DNA of 63,984 bases, the filler included, from Perkinsus olseni (Eukaryota), in NCBI GenBank assembly GCA_013115125.1. It is 5 parts of 5 records of this genome, joined end to end, with 100 filler letters (N's around TTAATTAATTAA, not from the genome) between each part and the next. Parts side by side here need not be neighbours in the genome. Positions count along the whole stretch, not along the records: positions 1 to 13,685 come from JABANN010000750.1; 4 more parts are not named here. One strand, given 5' to 3'. Under the pieces are notes generated by a model. It was not told the origin of the DNA, did not search any database, and was given only the letters and a program-made list of their open reading frames with translations. The position numbers and the translations under genes were made by a program. Numbering within the stretch: position 1 is the first letter of the stretch; each line of letters begins with the position of its first letter. Of this stretch, positions 1-13,785 are shown piece after piece.

Positions 1-137
1 ATCTGTTATCATTCACTCACCATGGCTTCGGGTTCATCAAACAACACAGGGTCTCCATGGAACTACAACAGGTATCAAAATCGATTACCCGGGCGCACGC
101 GGTTCACGAGCATCCTTTATCAGCACTATGTAGTTGG

Positions 138-178
<41 letters not shown>

Positions 179-179
179 G

Positions 180-969
180 ATGTCCTTATTATTTCCTTCT
201 TTCTCGTCGTCTTCTTCTTTCTCTGTCTTAAGGCAAGGGTGTGGTCTAGCTGCTACTACTGCTGCCATTGGTAGTCGTAGATCGTTATCAACAGTATCCA
301 AGGGAAAGGTTCCTGTCATGATAACTACACCACCTAGGAGACTATTATGTAGTAATGTGGTAATATGAATAGGGTAGTACTTGTATATAGGTACAACTAG
401 GAATGATCATGATGTTAATGATAGACTTTCATTATTGGAGAACAGAGTTAAAGTTTTGGAAGATAAACAAGTAACAGCAACAGCAGGAGGAGGAGGACCC
501 AAACCTAAGGGATTGGTAATAACAATAGTACTAAGCATGTTGTTGCTACTACTGTTAATATCAGTATGGGTATATGCAAACATATGGTTTACCCTTCGTT
601 TTTTGGTATGGACTGCTGTATGTCGGTGGTGGTATAGCATGGTAATAATAACAAGTAGTAGCGATAGTTGTGGTATGTTGAACAAGAGCAGGTTCCTTAT
701 CTTCGAGTATGATTATGTGTCATATGATTATGTACATAATAAGCTTAGTTCACTAGGCTTGGAAAAGTACATAAGGGATATAGACCCTACACTGGGGAAG
801 CTAGGCATTGCGGTAATATCTCCACCACCAGCATCATCATCAGGTGCTACTCACCATTGTTATTCAGATTGCTGTCAATGAGATCAGCGAGGTTATCAGG
901 CTACCGTTTGCTCTTGCTACTATTGCACCTCTCGTTAAATGGGTAAAGAGGATAAGGCGGGCAGTATAA
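180..969 (+). CDS. FAM210/DUF1279-like membrane protein with putative mitochondrial presequence (multi-exon)
   Basis: N-terminus MSLLFPSFSSSSSFSVLRQG..RRSLSTVSKGK is Ser/Arg-rich like a presequence. Spliced exons read ..VWVYANIWFTLRFLVWTAV / FLIFEYDYVSYDYVHNKLSSLGLEK..GKLGIA / IAVNEISEVIRLPFALATIAPLVKWVKR, a DUF1279-like pattern. TAA at 967-969. Confidence 0.5.
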
Positions 970-1068
970 TAGTAGTAACAGTTTACAGTACAACTACAAG
1001 GGTATATCAGTATTGTGTTAATATAATTATCATCATATGATAGTTGAATAATAATACTACTAATCAGT

Positions 1069-1430
1069 ATGTCATCATCATCATCGGAGGTGGTGGTTGC
1101 CGAAGAGGGCTACTTATTCCACAGATCAGGAGGCTTCTTCATACCACCTGCCGAATGTACTATCATCATCATGATCATGGTGATGATCAGTGGTAGTGTT
1201 GTTCAGGTACTGCTCTCCAATTAGCATTTCTCACCTTAGTGTATGGTTATGTATTATTTAAAGCCAGTAATACAATATCCAATGGTAGTGAGTTATTACT
1301 ATTGGTACCATCTATATCTAACATGATCGGATCAGTAGTACTACCAGTACTAGGGGCAGTGCCAGATGGTATGATGGTGTTGTTCTCGGGGTTAGGGGAT
1401 GATGCCCAACAACAGGTAGTAACACTGTTA

Positions 1431-1468
<38 letters not shown>

Positions 1469-1469
1469 G

Positions 1470-1516
<47 letters not shown>

Positions 1517-3859
1517 GATATCAGCTTATCGTCGTCTCATTAGGTATCAGTAGGTGTTGGTGCTCTTGCTGGATCGACTATCATGTTGTTAACAATACCA
1601 TGGTTCCTAGCAATACTTGGTGGTAGAGTAAATGTTGTTAATGGCAAACCAATGTATAAACAATTACCTAATGACATACCAGATCCACAGTGGTCCAAGT
1701 TGACGCCACACAATAACCTCTCTCTTACAGGTCATTACTACTACCACTACTAGTTGAGTGTCCTTGTTGTTGATGATTATTATTATCAGGTACTGGTATA
1801 AGTGTAGGAGCTATAGTACGGAAGAATGCGTACTTCATGATGTGCAGTACTCTATTGTATCTGATAATACAGGTAATAATACATCTAAGGCTCGATGTAC
1901 TCGGAACTACTCCCCAACCAACCATCACCAACACTTCCGACCGCTCCACTTATACCAGCCCAGTTCATCTACGTGGAAAGGCCGCTTTCACATGGCATGA
2001 AGGTTGTCCCTTCCCAGTCTTGAAACAGCCTTGTTCCTTCTCATAGTACTATCAGATGATTCTTGCTTGACAGATACCAGCATCAGTAGAAGGTTATGAT
2101 GATGATGATGATATAAGCATACACGAGAAGTCTATGAAGGAACATCTTTGGAGTGGTATTGGCATGGTAAGGGTTTGGCGTGATCGTAGTAACATCATCA
2201 TCATCATTATCATCATCATGATGATGTTGACGTTAGGTTATATGTTTTATATCATTCATTATGTATTTAATAATACAATATAATGATAGTAGAAAGTGTA
2301 TGGTTAACGAGGATATCATTGTTGACGCTAGAGTTGAGGCTATCAAGCATGGTGATATCACATTAAGGGGTGCTATGGATGGTATAATAACTGATACCAC
2401 CACCACCACCACCACCACCACCACCACTCACAACTACAACAACAACAATGAGACTAGTACTCTGGATATGCCATTGATATTGAATCATCATATACCACCG
2501 GAGCACATTAGACAGATGAGGAAGCTACTTGGACCATTCTTCCAGTATTATGATGTTAATAAAGGTAATGTTTACTACTCATCGTAATAGTCATGACGCT
2601 CATCCTCATCATCCTCATCATCAGATCATACGATAGATTTTGATGAATTTAAGATGTTGATGAGGGATCTACATGAGAGGATTACATTTGACGTAATAAT
2701 AATAGTAGTATCAGCAATGGTAGAATATGATGGTTACATCATGCAGGAATTACGATTGTTATTTGAAGAAGCTGATGCTGATACATCGGGTTATATTGAC
2801 TTTGATGAGTTTGTTACTATGATGATAATATATATATTGGAGTGTCGAGAGCATCCAGATCGATTCAACAACCATCATACTCATAAAAGGTCATCATCAG
2901 TATGCAACAGTACTGATGGTAATGCTGCCAATGGTGGAGGTTATTATCAGTTTAATCAGAGTAATAATAATGAGCATCATCGTCGATGGTATCGACTGTG
3001 ATGATTTACCTTCAACAGATAATAAGAACAACAACGAGGATTTAAGACAACAGTTGATTATTAATAACAGAGCATCAGCATCAACAACAACCCCGACTGG
3101 AGTACATCATCAACATGAATATCATCTAGTACCTCGTCAAGATGAAGATGATGATGAGGATGATATACCGGAGGACTTGGCAGATTTATCACCAGATGAA
3201 CAGCAATCGAGGATCAAGATCAGGGCCGCATACCTGATGGGGATAGGTAATACCAACAACAAGGATACTGTGGAGTAGTGATTATGATTATGATGATCAG
3301 GTACATTGTTGGTATTAATATTCTCAGATCCAGCAGTTGATGTATTGAATGAGATTGGTGTCCGTAGTGGTATTAATTCATTTTATATATCATTTATCTT
3401 GGCCCCATTGGCCAGTAATGCTAGCGAGCTGGTAGCAGCTTACACCTACGCTCAGAAGAAGACGAGTAAACATATAACAATATCAATATCAACATTACAA
3501 GGGGCTGCATCAATGAATAATACCTTCTGTCTTGGTATATTCCTAGCAGTGGTAATAGTACTCTTATCATCATCATCATGATATGTTGGTCGCATGGTAG
3601 TATTATCGTTGGTAGGTATATTTCCAAGGTTTGGTATGGACTTTCACGGCAGAGACCATCACTATAATAATAATTGAGATGATAATAGGCCTTATAGCAC
3701 TGAGAAGGATTCATCTGTAATAATAATAACATGGCAGGAGCTGGAGTCATTCTGCTGTTCATCATCATCATCAGACTCGTACATGGTCTAATGGTATTAT
3801 GTCTATACCCCTTATCATTACTACTAGTATACGTATTAGAAGCTAATGGTATTGACTAG
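1069..3859 (+). CDS. EF-hand-containing Ca2+/cation exchanger (NCL/EF-CAX type), multi-exon
   Basis: Repeat 1 GSVVLPVLGAVPDGMMVLFSG and VGALAGSTIMLLTIPW; EF-hand loop EADADTSGYIDFDEF; repeat 2 FSDPAVDVLNEIG..SFYISFILAPLASNASEL..KKTSKHITISISTLQGAASMNNTFCLGIFL. Confidence 0.85.
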
Positions 3860-4160
3860 TATCAACAACAACAACACCAGCACCAGCAGCAGCAGCAGCA
3901 TGCTCTCCCGATGATGATGATGGCAATGAGCATAATGCACGTCTTTAGTTATCATCATCATCTTCTTCTTCTTACTAGTAGTAGTACTTTAATAGTAAAG
4001 CTGTTCATCTTCTTTTTGTTGTGCTCATACGTAATCGTCTCTCTTGCGTTCTTATTAATGGGATGGTATCATTATGACGGTGATAAGCACAATATTGTGA
4101 CAGTATCACGCTGATGTTGTGATCATAATCTCCACCGATACAGCAGTCTTCGTGTCTCTT

Positions 4161-5896
4161 ATGGGTGCTACTGAAAGTACTGATAGTAATCCCGACCACC
4201 ACCATCACCACGATGATGATGCTGACGGCGATGCATCATCATCCAATACTAGTGATGATAACATGAGTAATAATCAAATACATGGAAGCAGCAGTGATGA
4301 TGATGATACTAGTAGTAGCAGTAGTATTGACCCTGGCCATGGTGGTGGATTCCGAATCATGTCGGTTCGGGAGGGGTCACCAGCACATATGGCAGGATTA
4401 GAGGTGATACTTGTGGTAGTAGTCGTGCTGTTGTTGTTATGATGTTGTTGTTATTGTTAGGCATACTTTGATTACATAGTAGGGTTGGATGGTATGAAGG
4501 TGTCAGAGAATCATGATGATTTCTTTAATGCTGTTATGGAGCGTAATAATGATAATATTGATAATACTACTACTACCACTATACTATTGTGTATCTATAA
4601 TACATAACACGTCCAGATGAGGAGAAGACCCTCATTCTCTCCGTATACTCGATATTAACATTGACCTTACGGCGAGTACAGGTCTTACCACATACCGCAT
4701 GGAAGGGTAATATCGAAATCATCATCATTATATCATGGTTATGGTATCAGTTGGTGGTGCTTGTTGTTGTTGTAGGTTCATCTCATGGCTTGCTGGGTAT
4801 AACCTTACACTATGAACAAGTTGATGATGGTAGATCCCATGGTCTCCGAGTATTGCAAGTATTCCCAAACTCACCCGCTGGTAGTAACAACAATAACAGT
4901 AATCATCTACTGCACCAGTGCCCCTTCTGTAATCATCAGATCATGCTGGTTTAACTCCTGGTGATGATTATCTAATACAAATAGTACATAATAACAGGAT
5001 ACTTCGGGATGTAGAGGACTTGAAGCATGAGTTTGATGAGTACGAAAGATACTCTCATTGATACTACCCCTATCATGGTAGTAGTAGTACGGTGGTAGGT
5101 ATTTTGCACGAGATGATGATGATGAGGCCAATGATGGTGTCGTTGGTATTAAAGTATATAACTCAAGATTGAGTAGGGTATGGATAGCTGATATATCACC
5201 ATCATACGATTGGGGTGGTGGTGAAGGATGCTTAGGCTGTGATCTAGGACAAGGCTTATTACATAGGATACCACCACTACAACAACAACAACTACCGGCA
5301 GATGATGAGGTTAGTAGAAGTAATGAGGGTGAAGGGTGATTCATCTTGTGATGTAGATGGCTACGAAACTAGAAGGAGATAAGACAGACGAGAAAATCGA
5401 TGATGATAAGGTGGAGGAGAGGTACTAGTAGTAGTAGTTAGTAATCCCATGGGGACCCCATCATCTCAGTGCTGGCAGCCCACAGAAATACTCGGATGAT
5501 GATGGCAAAGTAGAGATGCAGGGAGTCCTGGACAATACTGATGATAACAACGGTAGTGGTGATGGTGGTGGTAACAGCCCTCCTGCCGAACAACAACAAC
5601 AACAGCCGGCGGCGGCGGCGGTCGCGGCAACAACAGCTGCAGCAGCATTTGGTGCATACACGCCTCCTACCATACCACCACCACCACCTCCTCCAGTGAG
5701 GGTGGAAGACGATAAAGTGGATGGTAATAACGATAAGGAGAATAACGACTTTGGTGATGGAGGGACCAGAGAAGGAGGGTCGTCAATGATGTTATCGTCA
5801 AGTATACTATTATCGAATATTAACAACACCAAACCAGTTCCCGGTAATATTGTAGAATCTGCTGTTGCTGATACTGCGACCACTACTCCCACCTAA
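4161..5896 (+). CDS. GRASP: Golgi reassembly stacking protein GRASP55/65 family, multi-exon
   Basis: Myristoylation-type start MGATES. Two PDZ-like units (GFRIMSVREGSPAHMAGLE-AYFDYIV; GLRVLQVFPNSPA-AGLTPGDDYLI). Signature WGGGEGCLGCDLGQGLLHRIP and a Pro/Ser-rich tail. Confidence 0.9.
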
Positions 5897-6184
5897 TACT
5901 TGATGTTATTACTAACACCACCATCAACGACAGGAGCAGGACAGTGGGGTCAGCAGTTAATCGGCCAATCGGTGTTATCATCATCATCATCATCATTATT
6001 ATTCGATCATTTTAATAACATTTCCCGTGGAAGGCTACGGTGTTTTCGTTAGTAACCAGATGGTTAAAGGTATCCATACTAGTGACAAGACCGCTGCATG
6101 ATAATACCGTGAAGGTATTCATTGGACATCGTCATGTGGGATGCCGTGAAGTATTATTGTTCTATCAGTTTAAGTTGTATAATA

Positions 6185-6308
6185 ATGGCGTCTGCTAGTG
6201 CTGCTATCCCCGATCCAGGATTATACAATAATAATAATATGAACCATCATAGAGGGAGCATCCAACAAGTAAGCGTATCATCATCATCGACGATGGCGCT
6301 GTCTACAG

Positions 6309-6342
<34 letters not shown>

Positions 6343-9300
6343 GTCATCATCATGTTATCGATGGTAGAGAGATGGCGGGATAATAACTGAGAATGATGAT
6401 GGCGTTCCCCACAATCATCATCATCATGATAATGGTCAAACAGTGACGACTACTACGTCTTCATCATTCAATAAGTACGACTTCCCGATTGAAAGGAGGG
6501 ATACCTATTCAGAAAGTAATAATACCGACAGGGGCTTTCATATACTTGGGAAGGTTAAAGATGATACTGGAACCGAGAATCGAACTCGGGACCTACTGCG
6601 TGTTAGGCAGTCGTCATAACCAACTAGACCATTCCAGCTGATGTGAATTGTGTCATGAGAGATGAGACTAGTAGTCCTCATAACCGGTTTTCCGCAGGCA
6701 CACCTCTCAAAGACGATGGTCTAACTGTTGAGGGTGGCCTTATATTATCATCCAATGACGGTAGAATAACATCATCCTATCATCAACAACAGAACATCAC
6801 CCGTCCAGTAACATCAACACGTAATATCATCGATAGAGGGTATGCCTTACCATGAGTGTGCAGGTGCTGCTGGTTACACCCACGCCAATAATACATCATT
6901 CGATCCGTTCAGGCTACAGCGTCATGATAATACAATAACCGCAACAGCAGCAGCAGCAGCAGCGGGAGGTGATGTGGGTTTTCGTCAATATTATCATGCT
7001 CTTGTGCAATCCTGTTTGAAGGTAACAACAACAATCATGTCCGTAGTAGTGTTGAGGACGATGATGATAGAAAGATAAGAAATATGGAGCATAGACTACA
7101 AGCGGTGATAGACGCTACCTTTATGAAGAGAGTGAATTATGATAATAATGGAGTACCCCGACTGAGCACTATGAAGGACAAGAAGAACAGCAATACTACG
7201 ACTAATAACATGACGGCATTGGTAGTGATGATGATGAGTGTTGATAACGATGAACGTCCCATCAGCAGCTACGGGATAATCTGGATGAGTTGAAGGAAGC
7301 CCAGAAGGTCGACAAACAAATCTTGAAACTGCGCGCTCAGACAGGCAGACAAGATGATGTAGTGATGACGCCCGCCGCCGCTGCGGACCTCATGATCACC
7401 ACTTGATACCATCAGACTGATCTCATCAGACTGATCTCGATCTCACCTATCTCCTACAACTCACCATAGCCTCACATAAAGACAAAGCTGGATACTATAA
7501 GGAAGCTATAGATAGCTACACTCAGGTGGTGGTGGTTATTACAGTGAGCTGCTCCTGCAGGATGATGATGATGATGATGATGATGATCAGATTATAGCAT
7601 CTCGACTATACCCTCACCTCGGAAGATTCAATATTAATATTGGTGATATATATTATAAGATGGGAAGATACACTACCGCCATCAAGATGTATAGGAAGGC
7701 GCTTGACGAGACCCCTACATGGTTACCATCACGACGGTATAAAATACGTCGTAACATCGGTCATGCATTCTATGCTATGCGACAGTAGGCTGGTGATGAT
7801 GATAGTTATGAATACCACAACTGCCAATAATCATGTTAGATATAAAGATGCAGCTAAGCAGTACTCAGAATTATTAATACCAACACAACACTCAAAGCAG
7901 GATACACAACGACAACATCATACAGCGGATCATGGCAGCAGCATGATGATGATTGCCTCTGCTCCCCCTTATGGTAATGTCCTCCGGACATACCGTAGTA
8001 GTTGTATGCGGCTTTAGGGTCCTACAGTGATAACAGTATGGATGGGAGGCCACCGCCGCCAGCTGCTAGTAGCACTACAAGTCTGGATACATTTATGGAC
8101 CATGAAACTGGTCTATTTCTATTGTTATGTTATTATGCTATGAGGGACGAGGAAGAGATGAGAACCACTTTTAAAAGGCTGTTATTAGTAGTACCAGTAG
8201 CAGCAGCAGCACCACCAAGCAGGGTGAACACTGGTGGTCCGTAGGTTACTCGCGGTAGGGGAGATCCAACACTCTACGACGATACTATCGATGATTACGA
8301 TGATGATGACCCAGTAGGTGGAAGGGAGCTTGGTGGTGCTGCTCTTGATGCGGGTGTTGATGGCCTCAGGTATCATCATCGTACTACCATGATGATCGTT
8401 CTAGGAGAGATGATGATTTGGTTGTGATGAGTGGTGAGGGGGGCGGTATGCTGCTTGAGAAGAGGACTGATGAGGACCCGTTGCGAGAGTTTGTTAAGAA
8501 CCGTAGACAGGAGGCACGGAACATAATATTAACAGCAGCCAACCTCATAGCACCGATACTAGGCATTGCTAATAATAATAACAGCAACAACAACAACCAT
8601 CATACAAGATCATCATCACCCAACGTAACAACACTATCGCCGCTACTGGTATAATGAGAACTCATCCTCAGGGATATGACTGGGTTATTGATACATTATA
8701 TAAAGGGGGGTATCCGAGTATAGCTGCCGAGATGGAGATCAATAAGGCACATTATTATCTTAAACATAAACTATTTGATGAGGCTATCACGACACTCAAG
8801 TCATTCGAGAATAAAGATCAGCATCTAATGCAAACCAGAGCTGCTACGAATCTTAGTTTTATATACTTTCAAGTGAGTCGTCGTCATCTGAGACGAAGTA
8901 GACTTTCTCTAGTCGCCATTGGTGCCCTCATGCAGGAAGGAGATTATGACCAAGCGGAGAAGTATGCTGATATGGCTATTAGAATAGACAGGTGAGAATG
9001 CCTCCCAACAGCATACCGTCGTCGCCGAGATCAATACCATAACAATCGTATTTTTACTCTCAGGTACAATTGTGAGGCGTTGGTCAACAAGGGTAATTGT
9101 TTATTCATCGCGAATAACTTAAGTAAAGCAAAGGAGTTATACCTCGAAGCCATCGGTGTAGCAGCACACTGTTTGGAGGCAATTTACAATCTAGGACTGG
9201 TGAGCAAGAATGCATGTAATAACAAGAGTAGTACAACAGCAAGGCAGTGGCGGCATCATCATGAGTATGAGTAGGTGCTTATGATGAGGCACTGGTTGCA

Positions 9301-10415
9301 TTTAATAAACTACATCAGATAACGAAAAGTGATGATAACCTTCCTGTTCTCCATGATCATCATCATGGTCCTCAGGTAACTGCGATGTATTATGGCAACT
9401 TGGTGATATATACGAAAAGATGGGTGATCATGCCAAAGCACATGAGCATTTCTCTCTTATATTAACCCAGGCTAGAGGAAGACCCAACGACCCAACTGTA
9501 ATACAACAACAACAACCAACAACGGCAATGATTATCGGGACAGGTATTGGCACGTATTGGGCAATTGTATGAGTTAGAAGGGAATGAGGTTGAAGCATAT
9601 CATAACTATAAAGAGAGTTATCGTCATTGGCCATTGGACTTGAATGTTATAACATGGCTTGGTGTATATTATGTTAAGAAGGATTTGTAATACTCAATAC
9701 CACTACTCAACACTCTGTGATGGAGATGCGTCATCATCATCATCATCATCAGGTTCGAATCAGCCGTACCATTGTTCATGCGAGCTAGTGAGATATCTCC
9801 ATCAGAACCAAAATGGATGTTAATGGTGGCTAGTTGTTATCGTAGAATGGGAGATCAACTGAAGGCGTTTAGCATGTAAGACGTCGAAGGAGCATAACAT
9901 CATACACCCCTACTCAGGTACCAACAAATACATGATAGATTCCCTCGAGATGTTGAATCCCTGAAGTAGTGATAGTGATGATAGTCATTGTATCGGACGT
10001 CGCTAACCTTGAGGTATCTTGTATCAATATGTAAGGAGATGGGGAAACCCTGTGAACAATATGAGAACATTCTTCATCGACTGCAACAACAACAACAACA
10101 ACCGACAGGGAATAAGCAGAAACAGGAAGGAGGTGGAGTGGAGCGAACAGAGGGGATCAGCAGCGTTGGGGCAGCAGCTGCCATGGACTCAAGGTAACTG
10201 CTGTGATTAGTAGAGGGAGTAGGTGGTGTTAGTATCATGGCAGGACATTATTATTATCATCGTCACCCATTGGGGACGTAAAGCCTACTTATGAGGCTGT
10301 TGTTGCTGATAAGATAGAGTTGCACCATGATGGCCGCAGACGTTTGTCCGCCGGAGGATTACCCCCACCAAGTGATGAATGGGAGGATGATGAACTGCCG
10401 GATCTGGGCACATGA
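6185..10415 (+). CDS. IFT88: Intraflagellar transport protein 88 (TPR protein), many exons
   Basis: RPVTSTR-AAGYT..FDPF N-terminal motif; DPLREFVKNRRQEARNIILTAANLIAP; GYDWVIDTL..AEMEINKAHYYLK..EAITTLKSFENKD..AATNLSFIYF; DRYNCEALVNKGNCLF; acidic C-terminus DEWEDDELPDL. The start codon is uncertain. Confidence 0.92.
6565..6638 (-). tRNA. tRNA-Val(AAC)
   Basis: Reverse complement GCTGGAATGGTCTAGTTGGTTATGACGACTGCCTAACACGCAGTAGGTCCCGAGTTCGATTCTCGGTTCCAGTA folds as a cloverleaf with anticodon AAC and A and B boxes. Confidence 0.93.
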
Positions 10416-10591
10416 TAACATGAGCATGCTTCTCTGGTGGATGATGAGTATTGAGTTGCCAGTAATGCTCAGTAACTCAACAACACAACAACAGCATCGT
10501 GTATACACCTAGTCGTAGCCTAGTAGTGGCTAGTCACTGTAACAACACAACTAACAGCTGACGCTGGAGTAACGTTAGTAATAACCTGTCG

Positions 10592-12195
10592 TTATTGGTC
10601 ATCTTTATGAATCTCTTGTATCAACTTATGGCATAATACCGCACCATCATCAGTCGACTTCATACCGACAACCAGAGTATTATTATTCATTTCCTTCGCA
10701 GCAGACAACTTCTCCTCGATCATCCTGGTCTCCTCCTTTTGATAATGAAGATCTCTAACTAACTGATCAACCTCTGCCTTCAATAACGGAATTACATCAT
10801 CCTTCTTTCTCTCTTCCCCCCCTTGTCGAGCCCCTTCCCTTCCCGAGCAACAGCAGCACACATGATAATAGATGTAACTTTCCAGCAATCGGAGTGCCAT
10901 CACCTCCCTCTTCCTACTATTCTCGAATACTGTGCTTATCATACTTCTAACCTCACGTATTATCGATAATAGTAGCTCATCAGATCTCTCGTCGTCCAGG
11001 ATACTCGATACCTGATAACACAACTACCCATAACCATTGGATCCTGATTGTCCTCATCATTACATCCCGCCATGACTGTGCATCATACATGTTCATGGTA
11101 ATGGCCATCTGCCTCAGGTTATCATAATCAATACGACTAACAGCATCATCCACACCACTCAGAAAGGGGCATAATGATAACACCTCCGAACCCACTCTTG
11201 TTACATCCCATGACCAATCACCAAAGTATCTAAGGTTCACCATGGGTGCTCATGGATTATCATGTCATCTTATTCTTACTGTCTAGTTAACTTAGTATAT
11301 GCATATATCACCGCACTTATCCTGTACAAAATGATATCCTCCTTTATCGTAAGTACTGGTGATGACGATGATGACGGAGTAGAGGAATCGTTATTGCCTG
11401 TTTAACGAGAAGTAGGACGGAAGTAGAACTACACCTCCTCCCGAGTACCATAACAATGGCAACACCGGTGTTTGGGTACCCTCCTCCTCCTTCCTTCATT
11501 AGATCTCTCATAACTGCGTTCAGCCGAACGTATCTTATCCTCCCACCAAGGTGACCAATCTACAACCCCATCATCATCATCGTCTGCGGCGTTCTCTTCC
11601 AGGACCTGTTTGTACCTTCGGAGGGAAGGGAATGATGGTGAGGATGATAATGAGGTTGTATTACAGGTGGCCAGATTTAAGTTCCCTCCTGAAATCATCG
11701 ATCTGATCTGGGGATAGATACTCATTAAGATGAGCTAATATCAAATCTTTCTGTGCATCATCCATCACACCATCATCATCGAGGACGTCCAATAGACGAT
11801 AAAGGTTCAACACCTCCTCTTCCTCCATGCCCCCATCATTAGGTGATGATGGTGATGATGATAGAGCATCACCTTGGTTATGCTCATATCTGAGGATGAG
11901 GAGAGACACATAAGTTCTGTACAACAACAACACCAACAACACCGCCATTATTACATCATCATCTCCACATTCTTCCTCTCCTCCTCAGTCGGTTTACTAA
12001 CCTCAGTATATGATGCCACTTGGTCTTTGTAGAAGCCTTGTGAACATCTCCCCTCGCTATGCTCTTTATAACATGATAAGCCGCAGTACCTGTTAATAAT
12101 CATCATTCAACGTAGTAGTAGTAGTCGTTGTATTACCGTTCATGACACCTCGGGCATCGATACTTGGCCTCATCATTACCGCATATTACGCAGGA

Positions 12196-12229
<34 letters not shown>

Positions 12230-12294
12230 GGTGATGGTGTTATGGCGAATGTTACTCTCTTGGGGGTTCTTGTAGCCGTGGATGATGATGACAT
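10592..12294 (-). CDS. ZNHIT2: Zinc finger HIT domain-containing protein 2-like, multi-exon
   Basis: Spliced N-terminus CVICGNDEAKYRCPRCHER/YCGLSCYKEHSEGRCSQGFYKDQV (zf-HIT plus C..FY..V), then LSPDQIDDFRRELKSG and WSPWW motifs typical of ZNHIT2. Confidence 0.78.
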
Positions 12295-12659
12295 GATGAT
12301 AGTGATGAACGCTGATGAAGGTCGAAGGAGTAGTGATTATAACAACCCAAGATGTAGTTGAGATTATTATTATAATATTCATCCGTAACAGCGACAGTTG
12401 TTGTTGTTATTATCAATCGTCATCTACGGCCCGTACTGGTAGTTGGGTGAGGGAGGAAAACGACGACAAAGTTGAAGAAAGAAAATGAAGTAGCGATAAG
12501 CCTAACATCATGAGTATAATCACCATCAACAGCAGCAGCGGTGATGATGGTTATCATAAATTATCTTCTATGCTACTATTATTCACTATTATTATCTTTA
12601 CCATCGTCCACGAGTAGAGGGCCAATTATTATGAACACTGCGTTATTCGAGTATACCCC

Positions 12660-13612
12660 TTCAGGTGTTACCCCTGATGTAAGGAGGAGGAGGAGGAGGA
12701 GGAGGAGGAGGAGGAGGATGTACCATCATCAATCATGCTACTGCTGATGACAGAAGAGTTAGCTGCTAGAGTTTTAGTAGTAGTAATATTCATCATCATC
12801 CTCCTCCTCATTAGTTGGTACCCCTCCCTCACCATGCGGGGCCCTCAACATCATTACATCATCATCACCACCATCACCATGGCCATGATCGTACCGTAGT
12901 GCTCCTTCTTCTTCTTCTTGTACGGTCTGTATGAGTGGATTACTTCCACTACTAATATCATCGCCCATCGGATATGTTGCTGGTAAAATGAGGGTATCTT
13001 ACCATCAGTTAACGATGAAGCAGGGGATGGTATCAATAATCATATTACCTGTACCATGCTGATGATGATGATCCTGGATGGTATCACCACCATCATCACC
13101 ATCATCGTGTCTATTATCATCATCAATGCCATGACGAGGGTAATATCCCATATCGATCCCTGCTGATGGTAATAATGTCATTAATATACTCCCATCATGA
13201 TGCCCCCCTGAGACTCTATCGATTGGTGCATCGAGTGTCCCCAACGCTGACGAGGGAGTAGTAGTAGTAGTAGAAGGAGGAGAAGGAGCGAAGCTTCTGG
13301 CAATCAACCGTATTACGGTACGACCAACCTACCATAATGATGATGATGGGTAGCAGTAGTACCACTAGTCGCTGCTGGTCTGGTGGACTACCTGTACTGC
13401 CATTGATCCTGGTTGTGGCATCTTTATACCCTGGGAAGGTATCGATAATAATGTACCAAACTTGGAGTTGAGATCCTATAGAAGTGAAGATGGTGATTAT
13501 TATTATTATCATGATGATAATGGTATGATAATGATGACTACCAAAGTACTACTTTTATACAGAACCGTCCGTGGTGATACCGTAGTAAACAATGTCTCCT
13601 GGAGATGGATAC
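12660..13612 (-). CDS. FHA-domain protein, 5'-truncated by the gap; low-complexity C-terminus, 3' end approximate
   Basis: Spliced exons VSISRRHCLLRYHHGRFCIK / DLNSKFGTLL..MAVQ / VGRTVIRL match the FHA SRxH, SKFGT and QVGRT motifs. Confidence 0.75.
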
Positions 13613-13613
13613 C

Positions 13614-13615
<2 letters not shown>

Positions 13616-13685
<70 letters not shown>
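13616..13685. repeat. (GAT)n microsatellite at contig end
   Basis: Perfect GAT run into the gap. Confidence 0.95.
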
Positions 13686-13785
13686 NNNNNNNNNNNNNNN
13701 NNNNNNNNNNNNNNNNNNNNNNNNNNNNNTTAATTAATTAANNNNNNNNNNNNNNNNNNNNNNNNNNNNNNNNNNNNNNNNNNNN
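13686..13785. other. Assembly spacer (N run with TTAATTAATTAA linker)
   Basis: 100-nt N block with a central all-frame stop linker; identical at four positions. Confidence 0.98.

Noticed and set aside
57..368. Poly-Leu/poly-Asn ORFs (also 1239-1553 and similar)
   Set aside because: Translations of microsatellites in UTRs or introns, not real membrane proteins.
13730..13741. TTAATTAATTAA palindrome repeated four times
   Set aside because: Always centred in N runs; an artificial all-frame-stop linker.
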